Source: an uncultured Gemmatimonadaceae bacterium
Lineage (GTDB): Bacteria; Gemmatimonadota; Gemmatimonadetes; Gemmatimonadales; Gemmatimonadaceae
DNA length: 64,000 bases
Reading direction: 5' to 3'
NCBI GenBank assembly: GCA_963822945.1
Contig: CAWGJO010000020.1
Coordinates: 96,001 to 160,000 of the forward strand
A program made the position numbers and the translations under genes. This document shows positions 13,997 through 26,483 of this stretch, in pieces (within the stretch, counting starts at the first letter, position 1; each line of letters opens with the position of its first letter). The notes beneath the pieces were generated by a model. That model made no database searches, was not told where the DNA came from, and was given only the letters and a program-made list of their open reading frames with translations.

Positions 13997-15710
13997 GTTG
14001 GCGGCCGCCCGTGCAGTTCCGCAGGCCGTGGCCGACCCCTCGTTGTTCCACCTGCTCGAGCCCAAGTGGCTCACGGCGCGGGCGCGCGTGCTGGCCGGCG
14101 AGCGCGGCCGGGGCGCCCGGTTCACGGTGCTCGCCGTCTTCGGCGCGCTGTTCTGGTCGTTCGTGTACTTCGTGCTGTATCGCCTGCTGCACTACTTCCG
14201 CGGCGTCGCCGAGATCGGCCCCCTGCTGGCGGGGAAGCTGCTGGGCCTGATCCTGCTCGGCTTCTTCGCGATCCTCGTGCTCTCCAACATCATCACCGCG
14301 CTGTCGAGCTTCTTTCTCGCGCGCGACCTCGACCTGCTGGTGTCGGGGCCGGTGGACTGGCTCAAGTTGTACCTGGCCAAGCTGCTCGAAACGACGCTGC
14401 ACTCGAGTTGGATGGTCACCCTGCTCGCCATTCCGATGTTCGCGGCGTACGGTCGCGTCTACGAAGGCGGGTGGTGGTTCCCGGTGGTCAGCGCGTCGGT
14501 GTTCCTGCCCTTTCTGGTCATCCCGGCGGTGATCGGTTCCGCGGTCACGCTGCTCCTGGTGAACATCTTCCCGGCGCGGCGCACGCGGGATATCCTCAGC
14601 GTCATCGCGGTCCTTGCGGCGGGCGGCATCGTCCTGCTGTTCCGGCTCGTGCGGCCGGAACGGCTGGCGCGCCCCGAGGGATTCCGCTCGCTGGTGGACT
14701 TCGTCACGGTGCTGCGCACGCCGACCTCCCCGATGCTGCCCAGCGAGTGGGCGGCGCGCGGCGTGATGAGCTGGCTGCAGTACCGGCTGGACTACCTGCC
14801 CTTCTACCTCCTCTGGACGTCGGCCGCGGCGGCGATCGTGCTCGGGGCGGTGCTCCACCGCGCGCTGTACCTGAAGGGGTTCAGCAAGGCGCAGGAGAGC
14901 GGTGTGCAGTGGGCGCGCGGCCGCGTGTGGCGGCGCATCGGCATGTTCGTGCTGCGTCCACTGTCGGTGCTCAAGCGCGAGCTGGTGTTCAAGGAACTCC
15001 GGCTGTTCTTCCGCGACACCACCCAGTGGTCGCAGCTCATCCTGCTCGGCGTGCTGGTGGTCGTGTACGTGTTCAACATCAAGTACCTCCCGCTGCACGG
15101 CGACGGGATGACGTTCTTTCTCATCAACATCGTCCCGTTCCTGAACCTCGTGCTGGCGGGATTCGTGCTCGCGTCGATCGCGGCCCGGTTCATCTTCCCG
15201 GCGGTGAGCCTGGAAGGGCGCACGCTCTGGCTGCTGCGCTCCAGCCCCATGGAGGTGCGCGACCTGCTGTGGGCGAAGTTCTGGGTCGGGACCCTGCCCC
15301 TGCTCGTGCTCGCCCTCGCCATCGTGGCGGTGACCGACTATCTGCTCGATGTGAGCCCGTTCATGTTCGCCGTCTCGGTGCTCACCATCGCCCTCATGAC
15401 CTTCGCCGTGGCCGGAATGGCGCTGGGCTTCGGGACGCTGTTCCCCCAATTCGAGACCGAGAACGCCGCGCAGATCCCGACGTCGTTCGGCGGATTGCTG
15501 TTCATGATGGCGTCGGTGGCGATGATCGGCGGCGTGGTGATTCTCGAAGCCCGGCCGGTGTACACGTACCTCTGGGCCCGGATGTACCACACGTCGGCCA
15601 GCCCGGTGGAGATGTGGCTCGGCTTCGGGGGGGCGGGCCTCCTCTGCGTCGCCTGTACATTGGTCCCCATTCGAATCGCATTGGGGCGGCTCTCCGCCGT
15701 GGAGCGGTGA
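13989..15710 (+). CDS. ABC-2 type transporter permease (about 12-13 TM)
   Basis: Many TM helices; DLDLLVSGP and SLEGRTLWLLRSSP motifs; overlaps the ATPase gene by 8 nt. Confidence 0.85.
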   Translation: MPELAAARAVPQAVADPSLFHLLEPKWLTARARVLAGERGRGARFTVLAVFGALFWSFVYFVLYRLLHYFRGVAEIGPLLAGKLLGLILLGFFAILVLSNIITALSSFFLARDLDLLVSGPVDWLKLYLAKLLETTLHSSWMVTLLAIPMFAAYGRVYEGGWWFPVVSASVFLPFLVIPAVIGSAVTLLLVNIFPARRTRDILSVIAVLAAGGIVLLFRLVRPERLARPEGFRSLVDFVTVLRTPTSPMLPSEWAARGVMSWLQYRLDYLPFYLLWTSAAAAIVLGAVLHRALYLKGFSKAQESGVQWARGRVWRRIGMFVLRPLSVLKRELVFKELRLFFRDTTQWSQLILLGVLVVVYVFNIKYLPLHGDGMTFFLINIVPFLNLVLAGFVLASIAARFIFPAVSLEGRTLWLLRSSPMEVRDLLWAKFWVGTLPLLVLALAIVAVTDYLLDVSPFMFAVSVLTIALMTFAVAGMALGFGTLFPQFETENAAQIPTSFGGLLFMMASVAMIGGVVILEARPVYTYLWARMYHTSASPVEMWLGFGGAGLLCVACTLVPIRIALGRLSAVER

Positions 15711-15883
15711 CCACTTTACGGTTCCTTAATACCAAGAGTTCGTTGATGCCGGCGGTGACGCGGTGGCCGTGTGACGGGTCAAGATCGGCGCCCACTCCCA
15801 TGGACGCACCCCGCGTCCCCGGATGGGCAACGCTTCGCCCGACCCGGACGGGCGTTGAACGGTCACCGATCGAGGAGGCTGGA

Positions 15884-16213
15884 ATGGTTCGCATGCGTTG
15901 GCTCGCGCTGGCGCTCGTCTGCTGCATGGCGACGACGGTTCACGCGCAGACCACTCAGGACACCGGCAAGGCCAAGACGGCCATGACGAAGGCCGATACG
16001 CACAAGGCCAGCACGCACACGGCCCGCGCGCACAAGGCGGAAGGCACGAAGATGTCGATGGAGCACAAGAGCACGAAGGCGGAAACGCGCAGCTCCAAGT
16101 CCAAGATGGAAGCGAAGGGCTCGAAGACCACCGCCAAGACGGCCAAGCGCCACGCGCGTAAGAGTGCGAAGCCGAAGGCCAAGACCGACTCGAGTACGAA
16201 GAAGAAAGGCTGA
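15884..16213 (+). CDS. Small secreted Lys/Ala/Thr/His-rich basic protein
   Basis: GAGGAGG SD, signal peptide ending VHA|Q, low-complexity basic mature part, followed by a hairpin. Confidence 0.8.
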   Translation: MVRMRWLALALVCCMATTVHAQTTQDTGKAKTAMTKADTHKASTHTARAHKAEGTKMSMEHKSTKAETRSSKSKMEAKGSKTTAKTAKRHARKSAKPKAKTDSSTKKKG

Positions 16214-16232
16214 CGCCCCACGCGTCAGGCCG

Positions 16233-16267
16233 GACTCCCCGGGACGCCACGCGCGTTCCGGGGAGTC
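16233..16267. terminator. Hairpin between convergent genes, probable terminator
   Basis: GACTCCCCGG...CCGGGGAGTC inverted repeat, followed by GTTCGTTT on +. Confidence 0.65.
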
Positions 16268-16274
16268 GTTCGTT

Positions 16275-16544
16275 TCAGACCCGGCGTCCGTCCCCGCGGG
16301 CGAGCGGCCGCCCGCAGTTGGAGCAGTAGACGGCGTCGGCTTCGGGACGCAGACCGCAGTCGGGACATTCGGGCCGGCCGGCGCGGAAGGCCCGGAGCGC
16401 GGCTTCGACCGAGTCGGCGGCACCCGGCACCACCGGCGCCGACGGCACCGGCGCGGATTCGCCGGGTGGGAAGAAGAGCGGGTACAACACCACGGCCAGC
16501 GCGCCGATGGCGAGCGCGGTTCCCACCAGCAGCGGCGTGCTCAC
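16275..16544 (-). CDS. Membrane-anchored zinc-ribbon protein
   Basis: GTG start overlapping the ccmF-like stop (GTGA); one TM helix; CPDC...CSNC. Confidence 0.75.
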   Translation of the reverse strand: MSTPLLVGTALAIGALAVVLYPLFFPPGESAPVPSAPVVPGAADSVEAALRAFRAGRPECPDCGLRPEADAVYCSNCGRPLARGDGRRV

Positions 16545-17848
16545 GCGTCGCTCCGCGGAGGTGCCACGCGTGGAGCGGCCACCGGCAGCATCGCGGCGAT
16601 CGCGCCGAGTACCAGCACCGCCGCCCCCAGCCAGAGTCCCCCCGCCAGCGGAACCAGGGTCACGTGTACGAAGGCCAGATCGCCGTTCGTGGAATCCACG
16701 GCAATTCGGAGATCCACCAGTGGCATGGCCCGCAGCGCGGGCTCCGATACGGGCGTGCCCCCGCCCTGCGCCGTGTGGTACGTGAGTTGCCGGCTCACGA
16801 TCAGTCCGAGCGGCGTGCTCCCATGCCAACTCTCGAGCGCGACGGCGGTCACGTCGTGGTCGGCGGTGCCGTACCGCGACACGCCCTGGCTCAGGAAGCG
16901 CCATTCGTGTCCCAGCGGACCTGGGACACGGGATTCCTGCCCGGTGCGGAGCTGCAACTGGCGCGACGTCGAGAACGCGCCCGCCGCCAGCCCGATCAGC
17001 ACGACCACCGCACCGACGTGGCTCAGATGTTCGCCCACGCGCCAACGCTGGCGCGGCCCGCGGCCCACGTGGAGAATCGCGCCGGTTAGCAGCCAGAGCA
17101 CCAACGCCACGACTGCAAACGGTGTCCACCGCCACACGCCACCGGCCGGCGCGTATGCGTACCATCCGTGCATCTGCAACGCGAGACCGAACGAGAGCAG
17201 TGTCCACGCCGGAAGCAGCCAGGGAAGCATCACGGACGCCGGAGCACGGCGCGGCGCGGGGCGCGAGACCCGGACACCCACCGCTACCGCCGCGCCCACC
17301 GCCGCGGTGGCGACGCCGATCAGTTCCGCGAGCCGCGGCAACACCATCGCGGGGTGGCGCAGCATCGGATCGAGACCCAGCCCGTCGGCGGCGAGCCAGC
17401 CGAGCCGCTCGTAGGGATTGCGCCAGAAGCAGAGTGTGAGCAGCAGCACGAGCAGTAGCGCGCCGATCGTTCCCGCGACCCATGCGCTCGCCTGCCGGCT
17501 CCGCGCGGCCCACGTGAACACCGCCCCGCTGCCGAGTGCGGCGAGCGCGAAACCGGCCACCAGCAGCGACCCTGCCGTGCCGCTCCAGAGGGCCGACACC
17601 ACGTACGCCCGCGGTAGATCGAGACTCGTATGCCGCGCGACATAGGCGAAGGAGAAGTCGCGCGACAGGAGCGCGGCGATCACACCGGCGTTGGCGACCA
17701 GGAGCGCCGCGGCGGCCACGTAGACGGCCCGCCGCCCGCTGGCGCTGAGATCGGCCCGGCGCGTGGCCCCGCCCGCAAACGAGACGGTCGTGCCCCACGC
17801 CGCCATGAGCAGCGCGATCCACAGACAGAGTTCGCCGACCAGGATCAT
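16541..17848 (-). CDS. Shortened, divergent CcmF/NrfE-like membrane protein
   Basis: DFSFAYVA, LWSGTAGSLL, NPYERL, GLGLDPML and PLAGGLWLG align by eye with CcmF; only 435 aa; WWD motif degenerate. Confidence 0.8.
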   Translation of the reverse strand: MILVGELCLWIALLMAAWGTTVSFAGGATRRADLSASGRRAVYVAAAALLVANAGVIAALLSRDFSFAYVARHTSLDLPRAYVVSALWSGTAGSLLVAGFALAALGSGAVFTWAARSRQASAWVAGTIGALLLVLLLTLCFWRNPYERLGWLAADGLGLDPMLRHPAMVLPRLAELIGVATAAVGAAVAVGVRVSRPAPRRAPASVMLPWLLPAWTLLSFGLALQMHGWYAYAPAGGVWRWTPFAVVALVLWLLTGAILHVGRGPRQRWRVGEHLSHVGAVVVLIGLAAGAFSTSRQLQLRTGQESRVPGPLGHEWRFLSQGVSRYGTADHDVTAVALESWHGSTPLGLIVSRQLTYHTAQGGGTPVSEPALRAMPLVDLRIAVDSTNGDLAFVHVTLVPLAGGLWLGAAVLVLGAIAAMLPVAAPRVAPPRSDA

Positions 17849-17890
17849 GGGGTCACGGTTCGTGCCGCCGGGTGGCCCGTGCGCCGCGCA

Positions 17891-19372
17891 TCAACCCGCG
17901 TCCTCGTCGCGCGCCCACGCCACCGCCGCCCGCATGGCTCTGGCCCAGCCCCGGCGCCAATCGGTCATCGTGCTCCGCGGCCGCGTGGGCTCGAAGGTGG
18001 CCACCTCCTGCACGGCGTAGAACTGCGCCGCATCGGCCCACACGCCGGCGGCGATGCCGGCCAGCCCGGCGGCGCCGAACGCCGTCGTCTCGACGTTGTC
18101 CGGCCGCTCCACCGCCACGCCGAGTACGTCGGCCTGGAACTGCATGAGCCAGTCGTTCTGCGTGGCGCCGCCGTCCACGCGCAGCCGGTCGAAGGCCGTG
18201 CCCGAGACGGCGACCATGCTGTCCACCACGTCGGCGGTGCTGTACGCCATCGCCTCCAGCGCCGCGCGCGCCAGATGCGCGCGCCCCGCGCCGCGCGTGA
18301 GACCCACGATCGTGCCGCGGGCGTGCGGCTCCCACACGGGCGCCCCCAGCCCCACGAGCGCCGGCACGAAGTACACGCCCTCGTTGGACTCGAGTCCGGC
18401 GGCGAGCGCCTCGGTTTCCCCGGCCTGCGCCACCACGCCCAGTCCGTCGCGCAGCCACTGCACCGCGGCGCCGGCAATGAAGATCGCCGCCTCGAGCGCG
18501 TACGCCGGCGCGCCGGTCGCGTCGCAACCGATGGTAGTGAGAATGCCGGGCGGTGCGTGCGGCCGTTCGTCGCCGGCATACAACAGTACGAAGGCCCCGG
18601 TGCCGTACGTGTTCTTGCCCATGCCCGGCACCCAACAGCCCTGTCCGAACAGCGCGGCCTGCTGGTCGCCGGCCACGCCGCGGATCGGCAGATCGGCGCC
18701 GAACCATTCGCGGCGCGCGGTACCGAAGTCGCCGCTGGAGCGCCGGACCTCGGGGAGCATGGCGCGCGGCACTCCGAACAGCGCGCACAACTCGTCGCTC
18801 CATGCGCGGGCATCGATGTCGTACAGCATGGTCCGCGACGCATTGGTGTGATCGGTGGCGAACACGCCGCCGCCGGTGAGCTTCCAGATCAACCACGCAT
18901 CCACGGTGCCCACCGCCAGCTCCTCGGGGGCGAATCGCTCGAGCAGCCGCTGTTCGCGCAGCAGCCACTCGATCTTGGTGGCGGAGAAATAGGGATCGAT
19001 CACCAGCCCGGTGCGCGCGCGGATCCGGTCGGCGTGCGGCGCGAGCTCCGCGCAGCGCGCCGCGGTACGGCGGTCCTGCCACACGATGGCGCGGTGCACG
19101 GGCTTCCCGGTGGCCCGCTCCCACACGACGACCGTCTCGCGCTGATTGGTGATCCCGATGGCGTCGGGGGTCACTCCAGCTTCACCGATCGCATCGCGAC
19201 CGGCATCGAGCGTGCGTTCGAACAGCTCGTCGGCGTCGTGCTCCACCCACCCCGGACGCGGAAAGTGCTGCGTGATCTCGCGGTACCCCCGCCCCGCAAT
19301 TCGCCCGTCGGCGGCGATCACCAGGCAGGTCACGCCGGTCGTGCCTTCATCGATGGCCAGAACGTGTTTCAT
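17891..19372 (-). CDS. glpK: Glycerol kinase
   Basis: [43 protein letters not shown] and KNTYGTG motifs. Confidence 0.96.
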   Translation of the reverse strand: MKHVLAIDEGTTGVTCLVIAADGRIAGRGYREITQHFPRPGWVEHDADELFERTLDAGRDAIGEAGVTPDAIGITNQRETVVVWERATGKPVHRAIVWQDRRTAARCAELAPHADRIRARTGLVIDPYFSATKIEWLLREQRLLERFAPEELAVGTVDAWLIWKLTGGGVFATDHTNASRTMLYDIDARAWSDELCALFGVPRAMLPEVRRSSGDFGTARREWFGADLPIRGVAGDQQAALFGQGCWVPGMGKNTYGTGAFVLLYAGDERPHAPPGILTTIGCDATGAPAYALEAAIFIAGAAVQWLRDGLGVVAQAGETEALAAGLESNEGVYFVPALVGLGAPVWEPHARGTIVGLTRGAGRAHLARAALEAMAYSTADVVDSMVAVSGTAFDRLRVDGGATQNDWLMQFQADVLGVAVERPDNVETTAFGAAGLAGIAAGVWADAAQFYAVQEVATFEPTRPRSTMTDWRRGWARAMRAAVAWARDEDAG

Positions 19373-20395
19373 GCGGAGGCCCGAAAGTCGAAGGGTGGGC
19401 GGTGCACGCCGCGGTCGCTCACGATGGCGGTGATGAGCCCGGCCGGCGTGACGTCGAACGCCGGATTGTACACGGGCACGTCGGCCGGCGCCGTGAGCGC
19501 GCCGAATCCGCGCCGGACCTCGTCGGGCGCGCGCTGCTCGATCACGATGTCGGCCCCCGTTGGCGTTGCCGGGTCGAAGGTGGAACTCGGCGCCGCCACG
19601 TAGAACGGCACGCCGTGATGCCGCGCGGCGACGGCCAGCGCGTACGTGCCGATCTTGTTGGCCACGTCGCCGTTCGCGGCGATCCGGTCGGCGCCTACGA
19701 TGCAGAGGTCGATCTCGCCGCGCCGCATCACCGACGGCGGCCATCGCGTCGGCGATGAGGACGACGTCGATGCCGGCCCGCTGCAGTTCCCAGGCGGTGA
19801 GCCGGCTGCCCTGGAGCAGCGGGCGCGTTTCGTCCACGAACACACGCACGCGGTCGCCGCGTTCGGCCGCCAGGTAGACGGCGGCCAGCGCCGTGCCGAT
19901 GCCTCCGGTGGCCAGCGCGCCCGCGTTGCAGTGCGTGGCCACGCGCGCGTCGGCCGGCAGGAGCGTCAGCGCATGTTCGCCGATGCGCCGGCACATCGCG
20001 CGGTCCTCATCGAGGATCGCCGTCGCTTCGCCCACCAGCACATCGCGGAGTGCGTCGCCGGCGCCGCGCGCCACCCGCACCATGCGATCGAGCGCCCAGG
20101 ACAGGTTCACCGCCGTCGGCCGGGTCCCACGCAGGGCATCGGCCACCTCGGCGGCGCGCCGGCCGCGGTCGGCCTCGCCCAGCCCCGCGGCGTCGGACAC
20201 GACGACCGCAAAGGCCATCGCGGCGGCAATCCCGATCGCGGGCGCCCCGCGCACGGCCAGCGTCGTGATGGCCTCGCACGCCTCGTCGAGGGTGCGCAGG
20301 TCGCGCTCCAGATGGTGCTCGGGGAGCGCCCGCTGATCGATGATGCGCACGCTGCGACGGTCGGGACCCCAGCGCACGGCCTCCGGCATTGGCAT
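19369..20395 (-). CDS. mtnA: S-methyl-5-thioribose-1-phosphate isomerase (one apparent extra base near 19737)
   Basis: [25 protein letters not shown] and ETRPLLQG in one frame; [18 protein letters not shown] and NPAFDVTP in another frame. Confidence 0.93.
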
Positions 20396-20459
20396 GGCCG
20401 CAATGTATCCGGGTGCTTGCCCCGGAGTTAGATTCGGGGACATTCCAACCCCCGCCGCC

Positions 20460-21239
20460 ATGTCCGAATCTCTAGTCACCTTCGACGTCGCGGACCGCAT
20501 CGCGACGATCACGCTGAACCGCCCCGACAAGCTCAACGCGATCAACGACGCGCTGATGGGGGCGCTCGGCAAGGCCATCGATCAGGTACGCGCACGCGAC
20601 GACATCGCGGGCGCGGTGCTCACCGGCGCGGGACGCGCGTTCGTGGCCGGCGCCGACATCGCCGAACTGCAGCGCAAGACGCCGATCGAGGCGCACGCGA
20701 TGTCGCGCCGCGGGCAGGCGCTGTTCCGGCACATCGAGATGCTGGCCAAGCCGGTGATCGCGGCCGTGAACGGCTTCGCGCTGGGCGGGGGATGCGAATT
20801 GGCCATGGCGTGCCACGTCCGGATCGCTTCGGAGCATGCCAAGTTCGGGCAGCCCGAAGTGAAGCTGGGGATCCTTCCGGGCTACGGCGGCACGCAGCGG
20901 CTGCCGCGGCTGGTCGGAGCCGGCCGGGCGCTGCAACTCCTGCTCACCGGCGACACCATCGACGCCTCCGAGGCGCTGCGGATCGGGCTCGTGAACGCCG
21001 TGGTGCCGGCCGCCGAGTTGCTCGAGGTGACGCGGCAGATGCTCGCCCGCATGGTGGCCAACGGGCCGCTCGCCGTGGCCCACTGTATCGACGCGGTGCA
21101 CCGCGGCGCCGACGTCCCGCTCGACGAGGCGCTGGCGCTCGAGGCCTCGAAGTTCGGCCTGCTGGCCGCTTCGGCGGACATGAAGGAAGGCACGACGGCG
21201 TTCCTCGAGAAGCGGGCGGCGCAATTCACGGGCCGGTGA
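20460..21239 (+). CDS. Enoyl-CoA hydratase/isomerase (crotonase family)
   Basis: NRPDKLNA, FVAGADI, ALGGGCELA and FGQPEVKLGILPGYGGTQRL motifs. Confidence 0.95.
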   Translation: MSESLVTFDVADRIATITLNRPDKLNAINDALMGALGKAIDQVRARDDIAGAVLTGAGRAFVAGADIAELQRKTPIEAHAMSRRGQALFRHIEMLAKPVIAAVNGFALGGGCELAMACHVRIASEHAKFGQPEVKLGILPGYGGTQRLPRLVGAGRALQLLLTGDTIDASEALRIGLVNAVVPAAELLEVTRQMLARMVANGPLAVAHCIDAVHRGADVPLDEALALEASKFGLLAASADMKEGTTAFLEKRAAQFTGR

Positions 21240-22354
21240 CGTCGGCCGCCGTGCGGCTGACGACGCTCGCGCTTCGCGACTTCCGCAACTTCGAGCGGCA
21301 GGATCTCGATTTGCCCGCCGACGGATTGGTGGTGGTGGGCGAGAACGGCCAGGGCAAGACGAATCTGCTGGAGGCGGTGTATTACCTGCAGTTGCTGCGC
21401 AGCGTACGGGGCGCCCGCGACGTGGATCTCGTGCGGTTCGGCGCCGCGGGGTTTCACGTGGAGGGCGTCGTCTGCGGGGGACGCCGCATCGCGGTCGGGT
21501 TCGAGCGCGCGTCGCGGCGCAAGCGGGTGACCGTGGACGGCGTGGCGATGCAGCGGCTGAGCGACGGCATCGGCGCCCTGCCGGCGGTGATGTTCTCGCC
21601 GGCCGACGTGGAGCTGGTGAGCGGCGCGCCCGTGGCGCGCCGCCGGTACCTGGACATCCTGCTCGCGCTCACGTCCCGGTCCTACCTGGCGGCGCTGCAG
21701 ACGTACCGGGGCGCGCTGGCGCGGCGGAATGCCGCCCTGCGCGACGCCGCGCGCACGGGGCGTGCCGATGCGCGGGTGAGCGTGTGGGACGTCCCGCTGG
21801 CCGAGGCGGGGGGCGTGCTCTGGCGCCAGCGCTGCGACTGGGTGGACCGCACGGCGGAGCGGTACGCCCGCCTGTGCGAGGCGATCGGCGAGTCGCGCAC
21901 GGCCACGCTGCGGTACGCGACCGCGCTGGACGGAGCGGCGGATCCTGCGGCGGCAATCGCCGCGGCGCTCGAGGCGAAACTGGCGCTCGACGTGCGGCGC
22001 GGCATGACGCAGGCGGGCCCGCACCGCGACGATCTGGCGCTGGCGCTCGACGGGCGCGACCTCCGTACCTTCGGATCGGCCGGGCAGCAGCGGTCGGCGG
22101 CGATCGCGCTGCGCATGCTCGAATGGGAGACGCTGCGCGAAGCCTGCGGCGCGGCACCCGTGCTCCTGCTGGACGATCCGTTCGCCGAACTCGACGCGCG
22201 CCGGGCGGCGCGCATTCTCACGCTGCTCTCCGACGCCGGCATCGGCCAGACGATTCTCACGGTCCCGCGCGAGACCGACATCCCGCCGGAGTTCACGCGG
22301 CTCGAGCGTTCGCGGGTGGCAGGCGGCGTGATGCACGCCTGGCAGGCGGCATGA
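21236..22354 (+). CDS. recF: DNA replication/repair protein RecF
   Basis: DFRNF, GENGQGKTNLLEA, GPHRDDL, GSAGQQ and LLLDDPFAELD motifs; start is GTG 21236 or 21251. Confidence 0.96.
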   Translation: MTSAAVRLTTLALRDFRNFERQDLDLPADGLVVVGENGQGKTNLLEAVYYLQLLRSVRGARDVDLVRFGAAGFHVEGVVCGGRRIAVGFERASRRKRVTVDGVAMQRLSDGIGALPAVMFSPADVELVSGAPVARRRYLDILLALTSRSYLAALQTYRGALARRNAALRDAARTGRADARVSVWDVPLAEAGGVLWRQRCDWVDRTAERYARLCEAIGESRTATLRYATALDGAADPAAAIAAALEAKLALDVRRGMTQAGPHRDDLALALDGRDLRTFGSAGQQRSAAIALRMLEWETLREACGAAPVLLLDDPFAELDARRAARILTLLSDAGIGQTILTVPRETDIPPEFTRLERSRVAGGVMHAWQAA

Positions 22355-22662
22355 CCGACCGGAAGCGCGGGAAGCCGACCCCCCTGAAGGACGTCGTCCC
22401 GGCGGTGCTGGGCGAGAGCGGCCTGTCGGAGCGCCTGGAACAGGCGGGGGTGATCGTGCAGTGGCCCGCGATCGTCGGCCGCGACATCGCGAAGGTGACG
22501 CAGGCGATCTCGGTGGACAAGAAGGGCGTATTACAGGTGGCGGTGACGAACAGCGCGTGGATGACGGAGCTGTCGATGATGGAGCCGGAATTGCTCCGCG
22601 CGATCAACGAGAAATCGGGGTCGCGGAAGGTCCAGCGGATCCGGTGGCGGCTGGTGCGCTAA
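22351..22662 (+). CDS. DUF721 / DciA-like protein
   Basis: WPAIVG...L.V.V.NSAW pattern and the typical position between recF and gyrB. Confidence 0.85.
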   Translation: MTDRKRGKPTPLKDVVPAVLGESGLSERLEQAGVIVQWPAIVGRDIAKVTQAISVDKKGVLQVAVTNSAWMTELSMMEPELLRAINEKSGSRKVQRIRWRLVR

Positions 22663-22685
22663 GCGGTTGTCCGACTGTGACTTAA

Positions 22686-24737
<2,052 letters not shown>

Positions 24738-24756
24738 CCGTCGGACAGCGGAGTAT

Positions 24757-24789
24757 CGAACGGGGCCCCAGGTGTTGGGGCCCCGTTCG
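24757..24789. terminator. Perfect 14-bp hairpin between convergent gyrB and arsC
   Basis: CGAACGGGGCCCCA-ggtgt-TGGGGCCCCGTTCG. Confidence 0.75.
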
Positions 24790-24877
24790 TGTACCCGAGT
24801 GCGCGCCCATACAGCTCACCTTCGGTGGTCGGACGCGGCTCGCCTCATCGCGCGGGGCCAACCGCGCCCACGGGAGA

Positions 24878-25384
24878 TTACGAATGCTCGGGAACCGCTG
24901 CCCCGGGCTTCGCGATCTCCCCGACCCGCAACTCCAACATCCGCTGCTCCAGCTTCTCCACCGGCAGGGCAAGCAGCAGATCGATCCGCGCGTTCAGGAC
25001 CTGATAGGTCTCGCGGAAGGCGCGCGTGCGTGCCTCCGCCGGCTCCACGTCCGCCGGATCTGGCATTCCCCAATGTGCGAACGCGGGGTGCCCGGGAAAC
25101 ACGGGACAGGTCTCCTTGGCATTGTCGCACACCGTGATCACCAGATCCCAGGGTTCGTGCTGGATCTCGTCGATCGTCTTCGGGCGACGTCCGCTCCACT
25201 CGATGCCGTGGTCGCGCAGCACTTCGATCGCCCCCGGGTTCACACGCGCCGCGGGCCTGGTGCCGGCGCTCCCCACCCGGAACCGCTCCCGCCCCTTCCT
25301 GGCCAGGATCGCCTCGGCGATCTGGCTGCGCGCCGAGTTGCCGGTGCAGAGAAAGAGCACGCCCAGTTTTGGCGTCGTGGTCAT
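24878..25384 (-). CDS. arsC: Arsenate reductase, LMW-PTP (thioredoxin-type) family
   Basis: [23 protein letters not shown] and HWGMPDP motifs. Confidence 0.93.
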   Translation of the reverse strand: MTTTPKLGVLFLCTGNSARSQIAEAILARKGRERFRVGSAGTRPAARVNPGAIEVLRDHGIEWSGRRPKTIDEIQHEPWDLVITVCDNAKETCPVFPGHPAFAHWGMPDPADVEPAEARTRAFRETYQVLNARIDLLLALPVEKLEQRMLELRVGEIAKPGAAVPEHS

Positions 25385-26483
25385 GCGACCGCCTCCCGTG
25401 AGAAGAATCGTCCGCGCGCCCAGAGCGAGACGTAGACGAGGCCGATGAGCGCCGGCACCTCGATGAGCGGCCCCACCACCGCCGCCAGCGCCTCGCCCGA
25501 TCCGATGCCGAACGTTGCCACCGCAACCGCGATGGCCAATTCGAAGTTGTTCCCGGCCGCCGTGAACGAGAGGGCGGCCGTATCCTCGTAGCCGAACCCG
25601 AGCTTGACGGAGAGGAAGAACGCCAGACCGAACATCACGGCGAAGTACACCACCAGCGGCACGGCGATGCGGACCACGTCGAACGGCAGCTGCACGATCC
25701 GGTCACCCTGCATCGCGAACATCAGCACGATGGTGTAGAGCAACCCGACGAGCGCCGTGGGCCCGATGCGTGGAATGAACGTCCCGTCGTACCATGCCTC
25801 GCCGCGCTTCGCCACCAGCACGCGTCGCGTGAGATAGCCGGCGAGCAGCGGAATGCCGAGGAAGATGAACACGCTTCTGGCAATGGCGGCCATCGACACG
25901 TCAGCGCCGTGGTATCGGCCCCGAACCATCCCGGGACCACCGCCAGGAAGAAGTAGCCGAGCAGCGAGTACGTGAGGATCTGGAACACGGAGTTGAGCGC
26001 CACGAGCACGGCCGCCAACTCGCCCGATCCGCAGGCCAGCGAATTCCAGATCAGCACCATCGCGATGCAGCGGGCCAGCCCGATCATGATCAGCCCGTTG
26101 CGATAGTGCGGCAGATCGGGCAGCAGCAACCACGCCAGCGCGAACATCACGAGCGGGCCGAGCACCCAGTTGAAGGCGAGCGAGGTGCCGAGCAGCTTCC
26201 GGTTCGCCACGTGGCCGCGGATCGTTTCGTAGCGGACCTTGGCGAGCACCGGGTACATCATCCAGAGCAGGCCGACCCCGATGGGCACCGAGACCCCAGC
26301 CACCTGCACGCGATCGAGCGCCGCGCCGAGGCCGGGGAAGACCCGCCCGAGCACGATTCCCGCGCCCATGGCCGCAAAGATCCACAGCGGCAGGAAGCGG
26401 TCGAGCGTGGACAGCCGGCGCACCAACGCCGCCGGCGCATCGGGGTGAGCGCTCGGCGGCGCAGCCTCCACCGGAGGGCTCAT
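25381..26483 (-). CDS. acr3: ACR3 family arsenite efflux transporter (one apparent missing base near 25902)
   Basis: [15 protein letters not shown] and [13 protein letters not shown] in one frame; [13 protein letters not shown] and VGPLIEVP in the next frame. Confidence 0.92.

Noticed and set aside
17891..20578. Apparent 895-aa MtnA-GlpK fusion in the ORF track
   Set aside because: Produced by the single-base frameshift in mtnA. glpK has its own ATG overlapping the true mtnA stop at 19369-19372.
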